From NCBI RefSeq assembly GCF_006345805.1, contig NC_043016.1, positions 29,202,001-29,266,000 on the forward strand: 64,000 nucleotides of DNA, read 5' to 3'. Position numbers and translations under genes: made by a program. A model generated the notes under the pieces. That model saw nothing but the letters and a program-made list of their open reading frames with translations. It was not told where the DNA came from and did no database searches. Shown here one piece after another: positions 38,687 through 52,042 of this stretch (the first letter of the stretch is position 1; every line of letters begins with the position of its first letter). This DNA comes from Octopus sinensis. Lineage: Eukaryota.

Positions 38687-40500
38687 CTGGAAAATATATT
38701 TAGACAATAATTAGTGTAAGCTTGTGCTTGTGTGTGTGTGTGTGTAGTAGTAGTAGTGTATTTTGTGTGCATGTGTGCTTTTTTTGATGCAGATAGAAGA
38801 CTGAAACTGAAGCTGAATGCATTTATCCCAACTTAACCAAAACACACCCAATGCATAAAATATAAACATAATAACCTTTGTTATACAAGGGAAGACATTT
38901 ATGATTGAATTCAGCTAAGAATTACACTTCTTCTGTTCTAACAAATAGAAGAATGGTCAAATGAAGTAAGGTGCAGATACTCAACACAATAAAATGTTTG
39001 ATTATGCCATAAACCTCACAGTTATATTGGGGTTGAAAATACCAAAACTTTATGGCATCAACAAACAATAAGTGACAAACAGAATGGGTTAATGAAAGAC
39101 AATTATGACAGAAGATCAATTGAACAAGGTTTATAGTCTGGAATTCTTTGACAAAGTATTCTAGAACTGTAATAATTATTATGTTATATTTGTTTTTGTT
39201 TTACTTCAAACTTAATAACAATATACAAAAGAAAAAAGAAAAAAAAAAGGAACTGTTGGCTGCACTGTACATCTAAAGAAATTCTTTTTCAAAACAGGTA
39301 GAATATATATATATATATATATATATATACTAACAGCTCCAATATGGAGAAAAATAAACAAAAGCTTGGTATTTTTCATTGGAACAGAATGTTGCATTCA
39401 TGGCTAGTCTTTAGCAATGTAACAGACTTTATGCAACAGATTCAAAAACTAGGAATTATGAGGAGCCTAAAAGTATGTGGTCGTAGTAGTTGTGGTGATG
39501 GTAGTGGTAGTAGTGAAGAAGGAGTAATTATGATTAAAACGAAAGACAAATAAGAAATAATACCTTGTTTTGAAGTTGGATGAATTTAATAAGATGTACC
39601 TACCTACATACATACACGCACACATACATACATACATATGTACATAAATATTTGGAGAATGAATTTATTTGCCCTGGATTGACATAAATATTTAGAATAT
39701 TTAAGAGGTGTAATATAAGTGTAAGAAACAAAACTGAACAACCAAAACACACACACAAATATTAAAATGCCATTAAAATAAATTATGTAAACAATTTAGC
39801 ACAATCCAATTTTCCACTTTGTGTTATATAATTAAATATTTTTTAAAATCTTATCTTCTCTGCAAATATGAGTTATTAAATCCCTCTCTAGAGATACCAA
39901 TAAATTGATAAAAGTACTACAGCATCAGATAGGACAATCTGTTGCAATGTTTATTTCAGTTCGTTTTACTCTGAGTTCAAACCCTGCTGAGTTAACTTTA
40001 TTTTCAACACTCTGAGGGTTGATGAATTAAACAGGAGTTCAGAGGTGTTGATTTGACAGAATTATGATACTAGAGCAAAATGAAATGCTTCGTGGTGTTT
40101 GTTGTAGGGCTTTGTGCTCTGAGTTTAAAATGCACTTTAGGGTTTCAATTCCCACCAATGGTCAGGATTAATCACTTGACCATGGATCTCCTATTGACTA
40201 TGGATCAGAGTTCAATGAAGAGGAGAAGGAATATGTATGTCTAGTACTGGCAACGGTGTTGGTAATATTGATAATGATGGTGGTGATGACAGCGGAAGTG
40301 GTGATGATGACAATGGCAGCGATACAATGACAATGAAAAGCACAAGGATGATTTTGATGGTGTTTATGATGAAACGCAAAATAACTGCAAAAAGAGAAAA
40401 GTATTCAGCTATTTGCTTATGAGTTCAAATCAACAACTGGGACTTCATTGGTGATTCCAGATAGAAGCCTTCATTTTACCCCCCTCCCCAACACAATCCT

Positions 40501-40750
40501 TATTTCTTTATTGCCCACAAGGGGCAGCAAATATTAAAATGCCATTAAAAATAGAGGGAACAAACAAGGACAGACAAAGGGGTTAAGTCGATTACATCGA
40601 CCCCAGTGCGTAACTGGTACTTAATTTATCAACCCCGAAAGGATGAAAGGCAAAGTCGACCTCAGCAGAATTTGAACTCAGAACGTAACGACAGACGAAA
40701 TACCGCTAAGCATTTCACCTGGCATGCTAACGTTTCTGCCAGCTCGCCCT
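40501..40750 (-). mobile_element. SINE type C1 with 13-bp TSD and a 23-bp internal templated insertion
   Basis: ccaacacaatcct at 40488-40500 and 40751-40763. Confidence 0.85.
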
Positions 40751-40885
40751 CCAACACAATCCTGACAAACAGGATCGATCCAACAAATAGATAGGGTTTG
40801 TAGTTTTCTAATATACTGACAGTATCAATAAAAGGTATTACAGCAGTTTCTGATCTTCTAATAGACAGGGCTTGAGATCCCTTGA

Positions 40886-41101
40886 CTCTTTAGCATTTAA
40901 ATTTGCCATATCCAGCCAAAATATTCTGTTTTATGTTCAAACTAGCCAGATCTGGCCTCTCACACCTACCCTACAATGTCAATTTAAAAATAAACAATCG
41001 CATCATTGAAATCTTAAAGCTAGGAGATAATGCATGATTAATTCAAAACAGTGTGACTAAATAAACATTACATTTGACAAGGTAATCTGAATGCTAAAGG
41101 G
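40886..41101. mobile_element. piggyBac-like TTAA MITE, copy 1
   Basis: ttga|ctctttagca...tgctaaaggg|ttaa; homologous to 42149-42368 and 46747-46961. Confidence 0.75.
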
Positions 41102-42148
41102 TTAACAGTGAAATAATATTTATAGTTGGCAAACACAGAGGCAGGCAGGCTTACAGTTTGCACTCACATACACATACACAGAAGCAGGCTTATGGTCTAC
41201 ATACACACACAGAAGCAGATAGTTATGGTCTACATCAGTCATAAGCAAACTGCAGCCTGTGGGACCTTTTGAATGGCATATCTAATTTCAAGAAGAAAAT
41301 AACATTTATCAGTGATGCAGCTTGCTTGATGTTGAGCCATGTTTCATGCAGCCTGTTTCTCACAAAAGGTTGTCCATGCCTGGGCTACACACATGCATGC
41401 ATGCATGCACATGCACACAGGCTTTTGGTCTACATTCAGCTAGACATATACACATTTGCAAGCCTACCCTAGAGACACTCATGAAGATTCTTTCAGTTGT
41501 GTCTCAATAAAGAAGTAAATTATCAAACAGTCATAAGAGAATTGGATAGAAAGCCTTGTGGTATTTGTTGCAGATTTTTGCATTCTGAGATCAAATTCCA
41601 CCACAGCCTAGTTGTAATGTAGTCTTAATTCATGGCTCAGTTTAACACAATTATCTGGTACTTTAGCAGAGTCCACTCTGTTGCAAACAACTGGCTTAGG
41701 TCTCCAGTTTGAAGGTACACTCTTCTTCCCTCCTCCCAGTCACAGAAGCACTGTTAAGGATCCAGAGCATTGCCCAGACTAAAAGATTAAATATATGTTA
41801 ACCAAATGATTAATGAATGTTACAGTTGTTCTGCTGTTGAAGAGGTTCATTCACTCAAGGTAGTTCCTCACCACTCTTTAACCGACCCTTGCAGGACATT
41901 TTGAAATAATTTACTATCTACTACTCATAAGTGTAGTCAGAGCTGGGTGGTTAAGAAGTTTACTTCACAAGCATGTGGTCTTGGGTTCAGTCCTACTGTG
42001 TAGCATCTTAGGCAAGTGTTCTCATTTATAGCCCTGGGCTGACCAGTCTTGGACAGAGGATCGGATAGAAGCTCATTGTAAAAATGCATTTGTATACACC
42101 TGTACGTGTTTGTGTATATGCTGTGATAAAAGCTGTGTGTGTGTTTAA

Positions 42149-42368
42149 CCCTTTAGTGTTCAGATTATTCTATCAAACGTAATGCCTATTGATTCCCATT
42201 GATTCGAATTAATCATGCATTATCTCATATCTTCAAGATCTTGATGGTGTAATTACTTAATGTAGAATAACATTGTAGGGTAGGTGTGAGAGCCTGGATC
42301 TGGCCAGTTTTAACATAAAACAGGTAGAATACTTTTGGCCGGATATGGCCGGTTTAAATACTAAAGGG
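42149..42368. mobile_element. piggyBac-like TTAA MITE, copy 2 (opposite orientation to copy 1)
   Basis: ttaa|ccctttag...ctaaaggg|ttaa. Confidence 0.85.
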
Positions 42369-42440
42369 TTAAGTGTTGGTGTAGGGGTATGTGTGTGTGT
42401 GAATGGATGTATGCATAAGGGTGTTTATTGCCACAATTAA

Positions 42441-42474
<34 letters not shown>

Positions 42475-42886
42475 CAGAGACACAAGCATGCAGATATAGA
42501 AAAGAAGAAAATAATAATTAAAAAAAAAAAGACAATGAAAGTGATTGTACCTATTATTTAGATAAATGAAAATATTCCATGTTGATATGAATGGCAGAGG
42601 TAGAAGATTCCTGAAATACTACGGGAGCAAGAACTGTTCTCAGTGAAACATTATCATGCTGGGGAACTGGAACATTCTTTATCCAAATCACAATAACAAC
42701 ATCAACAACAACAGCGTATCAACACCACCCCTCCACCTACACCCTCCACTCTATCTGTTTTACATGAAAAACTTTAAAACATGAGGATTTCTCCTCCTGC
42801 TTTTTATTCCCTTAATTAATTAGAAAGTAGGACACCATGGAACACACACACACACATACATTCATACACACACATACCTATACATT

Positions 42887-42972
<86 letters not shown>

Positions 42973-43375
42973 TACACAGTTTAATACATACATTTTTCAT
43001 AAACATACAGCTTCACATGAACTGACATACAAATACATACACAACCATCCATACACATTTGTCAATTTTACTTACTTATATACATACAATGAAACACATA
43101 CACACATCCATAGATAGTTTTATATATATATACTACTTTCCCCAAAAAACACATATGTATAAAAATGCCTAGATTCATATGTATACACTTTTTCGTACAT
43201 ACACAACTTATACCTAAACACACATACACACACACACACACACATAACACACACATCTGAGAGGAAGTCATAACAGTTATGATGATTGAAGGCTGAACCC
43301 AAAGGAATTCTTCCTCCTCTTTTTTTAATTTTTTTTTTTTCTCAGTGCTCGGGGATAAACTGGGTATAGTGTTAC

Positions 43376-43450
43376 CCATGTAAACTACTTCAAGACGGGG
43401 GTTCTTAATCTCAAAATGTCCAATGACAACTGACTGGAGAAATTCTTCCA
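43376..43450 (-). CDS. Candidate coding exon (-EEFLQSVVIGHFEIKNPRLEVVYM-)
   Basis: cttctgtag acceptor behind a pyrimidine tract, 75-nt symmetric phase-1 exon, ATGG|gtaaca donor (weak). Joins 60599-60674 and 38609-38686 in frame. Confidence 0.5.
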
Positions 43451-44354
43451 CTACAGAAGTTTTAAGAATGGCTTTTCAGAATGAGAAAAAGGAAAGGGGG
43501 GTGGAGGGAGGAGAGTGATGAAGAGGAGGAGGAGGAGAAGAGGGAGAGAGCCGGAGTGACTTAGTGTGTATGTAAGTGCATACAAGTGATTGTGTGTGTA
43601 TGTGTGTGTGTATAAATGTATATGGGAGTTTATATGCTTATGTATATTAATATACATGTGTAAACACATACAAACACTCAAACGCATAACTTGAGTGTGT
43701 GTGTAAATGTATGTCTATGTGCTTCAGTGTGTGTGTGTGTGTGTGTGTATAAATTTTTATGTTTATGGGTGTCTATGTGCTTAAGTGAATATATGTGTGT
43801 GTGTGTGCATGCATAAAACTGTGTTTATGTTTACGTGCTTAGCATGTGCATATGTGATTATGTGTAGATGTTAATGTGGTTAAATATGTGTGTCAGTGTG
43901 TATGTGTTAGCGCCTGTGTGAATTGCTGTTATTATTTAAGCTATGATCAAAAGTGGTCTACCAGTGAGTTACCATTATTTCTTTTCAGACCTAGATTATC
44001 TAGAAGTACATAATCTAATGTGTCCTTCGTTTGTGTGGTGGCCATAATATTGGTTGGTAATGCTGTTGCTTACCTTCATACCAGATTTGATCCAGCAGCA
44101 CTAAGTATATAACCTCTCTAGATATATATTATTTACTATGTTTCAGATGGTAGTGTGTTGTGAGAGAGAGAGCTTTGGCTGCTATTTCCAGCAGGTTTGG
44201 ACCGCTACATAGAACTCCTTATGGGTGACTAGGAGTGAACAAGTGTAAACAATATTGTGCAGATTCTATAAAATACTTCAATTATGTACCGAATGTTAAC
44301 AAAACAATATTGATAATAATGAAGTAGAGATGCGTTTATAATAAAAAAAACTAT

Positions 44355-44960
44355 ACAGCTGAGTAGACTAGACTGTTGACAGATAAGTGTGTTGGTCATG
44401 AACACAGTACAGTTAACTATACTACACCATGGTACCTACTTACAGTTAGGTAGACTGGACTAATTTCAGTTAAGGGTGTTGGTCATGAACACAGTACAGT
44501 GAACTATACCACACCGTGGTACCTACTTACAGCTAGGTAGACTGGACTAATTATAGTTAAGTGTGTTGGTCATGAACACAATGTAGTTAACTATACCACA
44601 GTGTTACCTACTTACAGCTAGGTAGACTGGACTATTGACAGTCAAGTGTATTGGTCATGGGCAGATTACAGTGAACTAGACCACGAACTGGCAGTAACGT
44701 TAGCATGCCGGGCAAAATGCTTAGCGGTATTTCATCTGCCGTTACATTCTGAGTTCAAATTCCGCCGAGGTCAACTTTGCCTTTCATCTTTTCGGGGTCA
44801 ATTAAATAAGTACCAGTTACGCACTGGGGTCGATATAATCAACTTAATCCGTTTGTCTGTCCTTGTTTGTCCCCTCTGTGTGTAGCCCCTTGTGGGCAGT
44901 AAAGAAGTAGGTATGGATGTTGGCAGTTAAGTGTACTGGTCATAGACACAGTACATGTAC
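44355..44960. repeat. 87-bp minisatellite (~5 units) interrupted by a SINE C1 (44686-44910)
   Basis: Unit starts at 44387, 44474, 44561, 44646 and 44931. Confidence 0.9.
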
Positions 44961-45534
44961 CGACTCACATCAAAGCAAACTGTATTATGAGCAGTGACTT
45001 TGTTATATCATCATATCAATGACAAAATACAAACCACTGGCTCATCTTGTCTATTTGTCTCATGTCCCATCAGCTCTTTTCCTACATAGGAATAGTAATT
45101 TATTATTTATTACAAGATATTTCTCAAGAACAATAAAGACACTCAGCTTTCTTCATGTGTTTCAGTGTTATGGCAATTTCAGTTATGATAACATCTTCAT
45201 TATTAACTGATACTGAAAATAATGCTCTATCAATTTGTTTAGATTGTTACATGCAACCTAAATCTATTATTATTAATATCTATAATCTTAATAATTGAAA
45301 TTATATTCTATTTCCCTTCAGTGTTGGGTTAATGAGGAATAAATGTCAAACATATTTTTCAATCAGTTCAAATATGTTTGGGACATTATTTGACCTTTTT
45401 TTACAGGTCATTTTCATTTGGTTTGCCTTAGAGAAAAAATCTCGCTTGAGGTAAAAAGTGTAAAATAACCAAAGTTATTTCGGAGTGCTCCCAATGGACT
45501 AATACATGTATTTCGCTACTTATGTTCTTATCAG

Positions 45535-45720
45535 TGGCTGTATGGTAAGAAGTTTGCTTCCCAACCACATGGTTCCAGGTTTAGTCCTTCTTTGTGGCAC
45601 CTTGGGCAAGTGTTTTCTATAGCCTCAGGCTGACCAAAGCCATGTGAATGGATTTTGGTAGATGAAAACTAGAAGAAGCATGTCAGGTGTGTGTTTGTGT
45701 GTTTGTGTGTGTGTGTGTTG

Positions 45721-45751
<31 letters not shown>

Positions 45752-46200
45752 TGTGTGTGTGTGTGTAGGTCCTCCACCAACTGGTATTGGTATGTTTACA
45801 TCCCTGCAACTTAGCAGTTCAGCAAAAGAGACCAATAGAATAAGTATCAGGCTTAACAAAATAATAAGTACAGAGGTTGATTTATTCAACAAAAATGCAA
45901 AGTGATGCCCCAGCATGGCCACACTCTAATGACTGAAGCAAGTAAAAGACAAGTAAGGTGGTGAGCTGGCAGAAATGTTAACACACTGGGAAAAATGCTT
46001 TTTGTCCGCCACTGCGTTCTGGGTTCAAATTCCACCAAGGCCAACTTTGCCTTTCATCCTTTCGGGGTCGATAAATTAAGTACCAGTTACGCACTGGGGT
46101 CGATGTAATCGACTTAATCTGTTTGTCTGTCCTTGTTTGTCCCTTCTATGTCCCTTTATTGCCCTTGTGGGCAATAAAGAAATATGAAACAAGTAAAAGA
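45535..46200 (+). mobile_element. SINE A (45535-45949) followed by SINE C1 (45956-46184) inserted at its 3' end
   Basis: tgaa(g/a)caagtaaaaga at 45934-45949 and 46185-46200. Confidence 0.8.
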
Positions 46201-46746
46201 TACCAAGTGGAGCAACTCTGAAATGATTAGAAGCCTTCACTTCCTTATAAGAAACCAGGAGAAACTATCCACTGACTGTGGGCTGTGACTGATAAGAGAA
46301 TTTTTCTCCATGGCAGACTGCAGGGAAAAAGGTGTTTTACAAGTCAAATATATCCTAAGATATTAGAACTAATCAAAAAGTTTGTTTATTTCACCACACT
46401 GCTTCACATGCCAACCAGATATTTTTATCTATTTTTTAAAATCAATTTTTGTGCAGACGAACCAAGCTGCTGTGGAAGCAAAATAAAACCTATAACTTGG
46501 CATAATTATATCCACAAAGATGAAAACAACGCTTACAAATAGTAACAACTATTTGTTGTCTGACATTAATTGAATTTGGGATTAAATCTTCCTTCAAATT
46601 GAAAGGCAGAATCAAATGAAACAAATGCATTCACCAAATATATTTGCCCAAGATTTCTATAAAATATTGAATAATATTGATGTTTAACATAGCTAAGATT
46701 ACATCCCAATGACTGACCCGTCTGTCCTGGGGCAGGATATATTTAA

Positions 46747-46961
46747 CCCTTTAATGTTTAGATTATTCTGTCCAATGAAATGCTTATTCACTCACGTAAT
46801 TCTGAATTAATCATGTTATATTCCAAAGCTTTGAGATTTCAATATGATTGCTTCTTTTCAGAATAATATTGTTGGGTAGGGGTGAGATGCTAGATCCAAT
46901 AAGTTTTAACCTAACAGGCAGAATATTTGAGCTGGATATGGTCAGTTTAAGTGCTAAAGGG
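46747..46961. mobile_element. piggyBac-like TTAA MITE, copy 3
   Basis: ttaa|ccctttaa...ctaaaggg|ttaa. Confidence 0.8.
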
Positions 46962-47954
46962 TTAAGCTACCTACAGTTATTGATATTCTATAAAGCTCAG
47001 ATGAACCTCATGGTGACCAACCATAAGAACTATTTATATGTGGCCAATATCTCTGTGAACTGAATGCCCTACACTTAAATAAAAACTGTTTTAAGGCTGG
47101 ATAAACAGAAAGTTTACGAAAGAGAAGAAACAATATTCAGCCACAGGCACAAACCATCACCACTAGATACACTGAAAATAATATATGCAGCTCTTACAAA
47201 ATATTTTGCTGTCTAGGGAGAGTCATGCCAATATTAATAACACTTACAAAATAGATAATGCACTGAAGCTATAATCTACATAAACTGAAAGTCACAAATT
47301 TCAGCTGCTTCAAAAAAAAAAAAAAAAAATCTCAATGGTATTCAGATAAACCTCTGTGGTAATCAGATAAGATACTTGACTCAGAAAATAACAATGTGAA
47401 CGTATTATGGACCTTTTAGCATACAGACAGATAGGTATCACTTAATAAATCTGACATCATTGACCATCACAAAAATAACAATAACATTAATTATCAACAA
47501 CAAATCAATATGGAACAACTATAAATGTTGTGACAAACAAGATTGAAAATCTAATGAGTTTTACACCAACCTAGCTATTGAATTAAGAACATTTAATGTA
47601 TATGTCTTCTAACAGAAATTTTTGAGCTGAAATGGCTAACTGCAATGCAAGTATGTACAATTGAAAAGGTCCAAAAAGGTTGAAAGGTATCAGGTGCTCA
47701 TGCTGAACAATGTAGGGGTGAATTTTCATCTTCTTCTGATGTTTACTGTGTTCTTAACACAGCAAGTCCATAAGAGATGTTATTTCAGGACAAATAAGTT
47801 AGTAACTGGCCTATTGACTGTGTATACATGAAATATGATACATAGATGGCTATCTTTATCAGTTTCTTTTTGCCAAGAGGTGCCTAATTCTTTAGATAAG
47901 AGAATGGAAGGAGTTGATGCATTCTTCAAATAACAAATAGTTATTCTAGTACTA

Positions 47955-48318
47955 CACTTTTACTTGTTTCAGTCATTAGACTGCAGCCATGCTGGAGCAC
48001 TGCCTTGAAGAGTTTACTCAAATGAATCCAACCCAGTACTTGTTTTCTTTTTAAAGCCAGATACTTATTTTATCAGTCTCTTTTGCTGTAAGTTATGGGG
48101 ACATAAACAAACCAACACTGGTTGTTAAGCAATGGTGGGTGACAAACACTAAGTACACACATACACACACACACAAAATTAGTTTCTTACAGTTTTGTCT
48201 ACCAAATCCACTTACAAGGCCCAGGGCTATAGAAGACACTTGCCCAGGGTTCCACACAGTGGGACTGAACATGGAACTATGTGGTTGGGAAGCAAACTTC
48301 TTACCACACAGCCATACT
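47955..48318 (-). mobile_element. SINE type A, diverged
   Basis: Reverse-complement tail, spacer and head. Confidence 0.8.
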
Positions 48319-49179
48319 TATTGACAATTAAGTACAAAAATAGCTTTAAAAATTCTTTAAATATACCAAAAAATTAAAAGTTAAAAAAAAAAAAAAAACT
48401 CAAGAAAAAATATATATAATAACATAACTTAATTTCTGAAATGTCATAATAAACGGTTTTTTTTAGATTAATTATAAGACAAACAAATTGGATGACAAAT
48501 ATCGCTATGTGATTTTTCTAGGTTTTCATAATCCAAGAGGATGAAAAATACAACGCTTGTAAATTATGACATACGAATATAATTTCAATCAAGGTATGTA
48601 ATGATAAATAATATATATGAATGAGAGGGCATGTGTGTGTGAAACGCACTGAAACAGGTACATATATGTTAATATATATGTAAAAATGATCCATGTGTGT
48701 GTGTGTGTGTGTGTGCGAGACATGGATTATGTATATAATACAAATCCATATACAGTATACACACACACATACATACACAAATGTATGTATGTATGTTATA
48801 TACATTTATAATCCATACAATATAGAATACAACAGTTGGCAGGAAATCATCACACTCACCAAAATTTCTTGATAGATATTATAATAATCAGGTGTAACTG
48901 GAAAAACAGACATTATCATCACATTTACAGGTAGAAATAGTGGCTCCACCAGCCAACTAAGCAACAACAACAAGAAAATTGCTGGGGTGTAGGTGGCCTG
49001 CAGGTGGATGTGGTAGCAGGGTTAGTGGGTGATCAAAGTAAAGTTCACTGTTACTTTTAATAAAAACATTAACTGGTCAAACAACTACTCTTCTCACTCT
49101 CCCTTTCTGCTTCTCTTCACACACATACACACACAGTCACTCCCTCTCCCTATCTGTCTCACACTGTCACTCCCTCGAC

Positions 49180-49220
<41 letters not shown>

Positions 49221-49538
49221 TCCTGTACCTGTGTGAATATGTGTGTATGCAAGAGTGTGTGAGCGTATGTGGGCTTGTTTCTTTCTCCTGTGTATGTATG
49301 TTATGTGTGCGTGCGTGTGTGCACACACGCACTAATATGTGGTTAGTTTTAGAAAGTAACATTTTATAATCAATCGATTAGACTTGATTGATTGATTGAT
49401 TGAGATGAAAAGAAAACAAGTGAATTAAAAACAATGAATGTTGATGAGAATATAATTAAGAGGGCCACAGGTCAATATACAATACCTACATACATTGTGT
49501 AAATATAAGTGACCTGTATACTACACACACACACACAC

Positions 49539-49571
<33 letters not shown>

Positions 49572-49924
49572 CCTATGTGTATGGTATGGTCTATATATGA
49601 TGTGCATACACTCTTTCAACAAAGTCGCATCTTGTCCTTACCTTTGAAACGTGGAGTAGACGAAACGGGGACAACTGAAGAAGGGGAATATTCCTTGTGT
49701 TGTATGTCTTGTACCCTGTTTTTTTCATTGTTTGAAAAATAGTTCGTTGCCATGTTTTCGTTTTTATGTTTTCATTTCTCATTGTGTTCAGCGTTTTTTT
49801 GATGTCCTGTACCCATATACGCATGTATATATACATATAGATGTCGGTATGTACATATAGGTATGTATATACGCATATACTTATATATTACTCATATTAT
49901 TACATATATATATATATATGTATG

Positions 49925-50100
49925 TAAAAGCACCCACCACACTCTAGGAGTGGTTGGCGTTAGGAAGGGCATCTAGCTGTAGAAACTCTGCCAGATCAGA
50001 TTGAAGTCTGGTGCAGCTATCTGGTTCGCCAGACCTCAGTCAAATCGTCCAACCCATGTGAGCATGGAAAGCAGACGTTAAATGATGATGATGATGATGA
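49925..50100 (+). mobile_element. Retroposon type B, short 5'-truncated copy
   Basis: taaaagcacccaccacactc...gacgttaaatgatgatgatg. Confidence 0.8.
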
Positions 50101-50627
50101 TATATGTGTGTGTCACTGTCTGTGGGTGTGCATATTTAGCCTCTTTGTTTGGGCATAGAGAAAAACACCTGGATGGGAAGCAAGTAAGGATTGGTTACAG
50201 AAAAGGCATTTGGGCATAGACAATCTGCCTTGATGATTTCCGTTTTACCTATGCAAAAATATCAAAAGGGATGACAAAATGAATGACCACTTTCTTCATT
50301 GCTATAGTAGTGTTGGTGCCGTAATAAAATACACCACTCTGTTAAGTGTTAGCAATAGGAAGGTTTCCAGCTGCAAAAGCCAAGCCAGAAGTGAAGCAAA
50401 GAGTGATCTGTAGCTCTGTGACTCATCTGGAAAGTAACAATGATCCCTCTACCTCATGCCAGCATAGAATGCAGCCATAAAATGACGGTGAGGATACATA
50501 TCATCATCAACATTTAACGTCCATTTTCCATGCTGGCATGAGTTTGACAGGAGCTGAACTGCTGAAGGGCTGTTCAGATTCCCTGTCTGTTTTGGCATGG
50601 TTTCTATGGCTGGATATGTATATATAT

Positions 50628-50992
50628 GGTGGAACTCTGTCGGTTACGATGACGAGGGTTCCAGTTGATCTGATCAATGGAACAGCCTGCTCGTGAAATT
50701 AACGTGCAAGTGGCTGAGCACTCCACAGACACATGTACCCTTAACATAGTTCTCGGGGAGATTCAGCGTGACATAGACTGTGACAAGGTCGGCCCTTTGA
50801 AATACAGGTACAACAGAAACAGGAAGAAAGAGTCAGAGAAAGATTTGGTGAAAGAGTACAGCAGGGTTTGCTGCCATCCCCTGGAACTTTAGGTGTTTTC
50901 GCTCATTAAACACTCACAACACCCGGTCTGGGAATTGAAACCACGATCCTACAACCACGAGTTCACTGCTCTAACGACTGGGCCATTGCGCC

Positions 50993-50993
<1 letters not shown>
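50628..50993 (-). mobile_element. SINE head D with the tail shared with the E-type copy at 2461
   Basis: Tail cacgctgaatctcccc...aagggtacatgtgtctg...gtaaccgacagagttcc. Confidence 0.8.
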
Positions 50994-51037
<44 letters not shown>

Positions 51038-51733
51038 CAATAGTTTAGCTGGCTGAAACTTCAAAGTCACTGTCAACAACATTCTTGTTTAAGAAATGTT
51101 TTATTATAACAAAGTAAAAATATTAATATATAAGACAGCCTCCCAGCTTACCAGCTTTGGTCAAACCATACAAACCATGCCAGCATGGACAACAGTTGTT
51201 AAATGATGATAGAGAGAGAGGGGAGAGAGTAATTTTTATATCCTACTTAATGTCAATATACTGTGATATTTGTCTGGAAAAAGAATCTCGTATAGTCATA
51301 TAGTGCCAAAAATGCCCTATATGTCTATACAATTACCACAGTATTATGGCATTCTTAAAATATACCTACATTAAGTAGGATATAAAAATTGCTAAAAGTA
51401 CTACTACTGCTTCCATTGCTAATATCTCATTTTTTGCCGAACTTCCTAGCTATTTATGACACCAGTAAACGATTAGTCACTGTTTCTCTAAATATTAGCA
51501 GAGACAAGGCTTGGCTACCATGCAATGACAGTGAATACCTGCTACTGATGACATGCAAACATTCAGAAATCACATGATTTAGCTATTCCACCACCAGTGT
51601 TGGACATTTCTTGTCCACTGCTGATGCATTTGAACATTTTGGCATTAGACATCTATGCAAGATACTTTCTCAAGATGAATGTCACAGTATTATGGTGTAC
51701 TTAAAGGCTCCTTAGGAATACTTGGCCATTTTG

Positions 51734-52042
51734 TATGGCTCAGTGGTTAGAGCATCAGGCTCCCAATCATGAGGTAGTGAGTTCAATTCCCAGACTGGGC
51801 TGTGTTGTGTTCTTGAGCAAGACACTTTATTTCATATTGCTCCAGTTCACTCAGCTGTAGAAATGATTTGAGATGTCAGTAGTGCTAAACTTTCCCATAG
51901 ATAACATTGGTGGCGTTGGAGAGGAGAGGCTGGTATGCATGGGCAACTGCTGGTCTTCTATAAACAACCTTGCCTAGACTTGTGCCTTTGAGGAGAACCT
52001 TCTAAGTGCAATCCCATGATCATTCACGATCAAAGGGTCCTT
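51734..52042 (+). mobile_element. SINE type E
   Basis: tggctcagtggttagag head; gttcttgagcaagacactttatttc body. Confidence 0.8.

Noticed and set aside
39337-39472. Possible plus-strand exon (SNMEKNKQKLGIFHWNR...RSLK, gtatgt donor)
   Set aside because: The acceptor follows a (TA)n tract with no pyrimidine run, and no phase-compatible plus-strand partner exons were found.
41600-41900. Fragmentary LINE-like translation on the minus strand (KKSVPSNWRP; YLQTGDLSQLFATEW)
   Set aside because: Too short and frameshifted to assign by eye.
44355-44960. CRISPR-like regular repeat
   Set aside because: Units are contiguous 87-bp tandem copies without unique spacers, in eukaryotic DNA with no cas genes.
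49640-49700. GAAAC...CTGAAGA motif pair as a permuted hammerhead
   Set aside because: Stem I cannot be formed in the required register.
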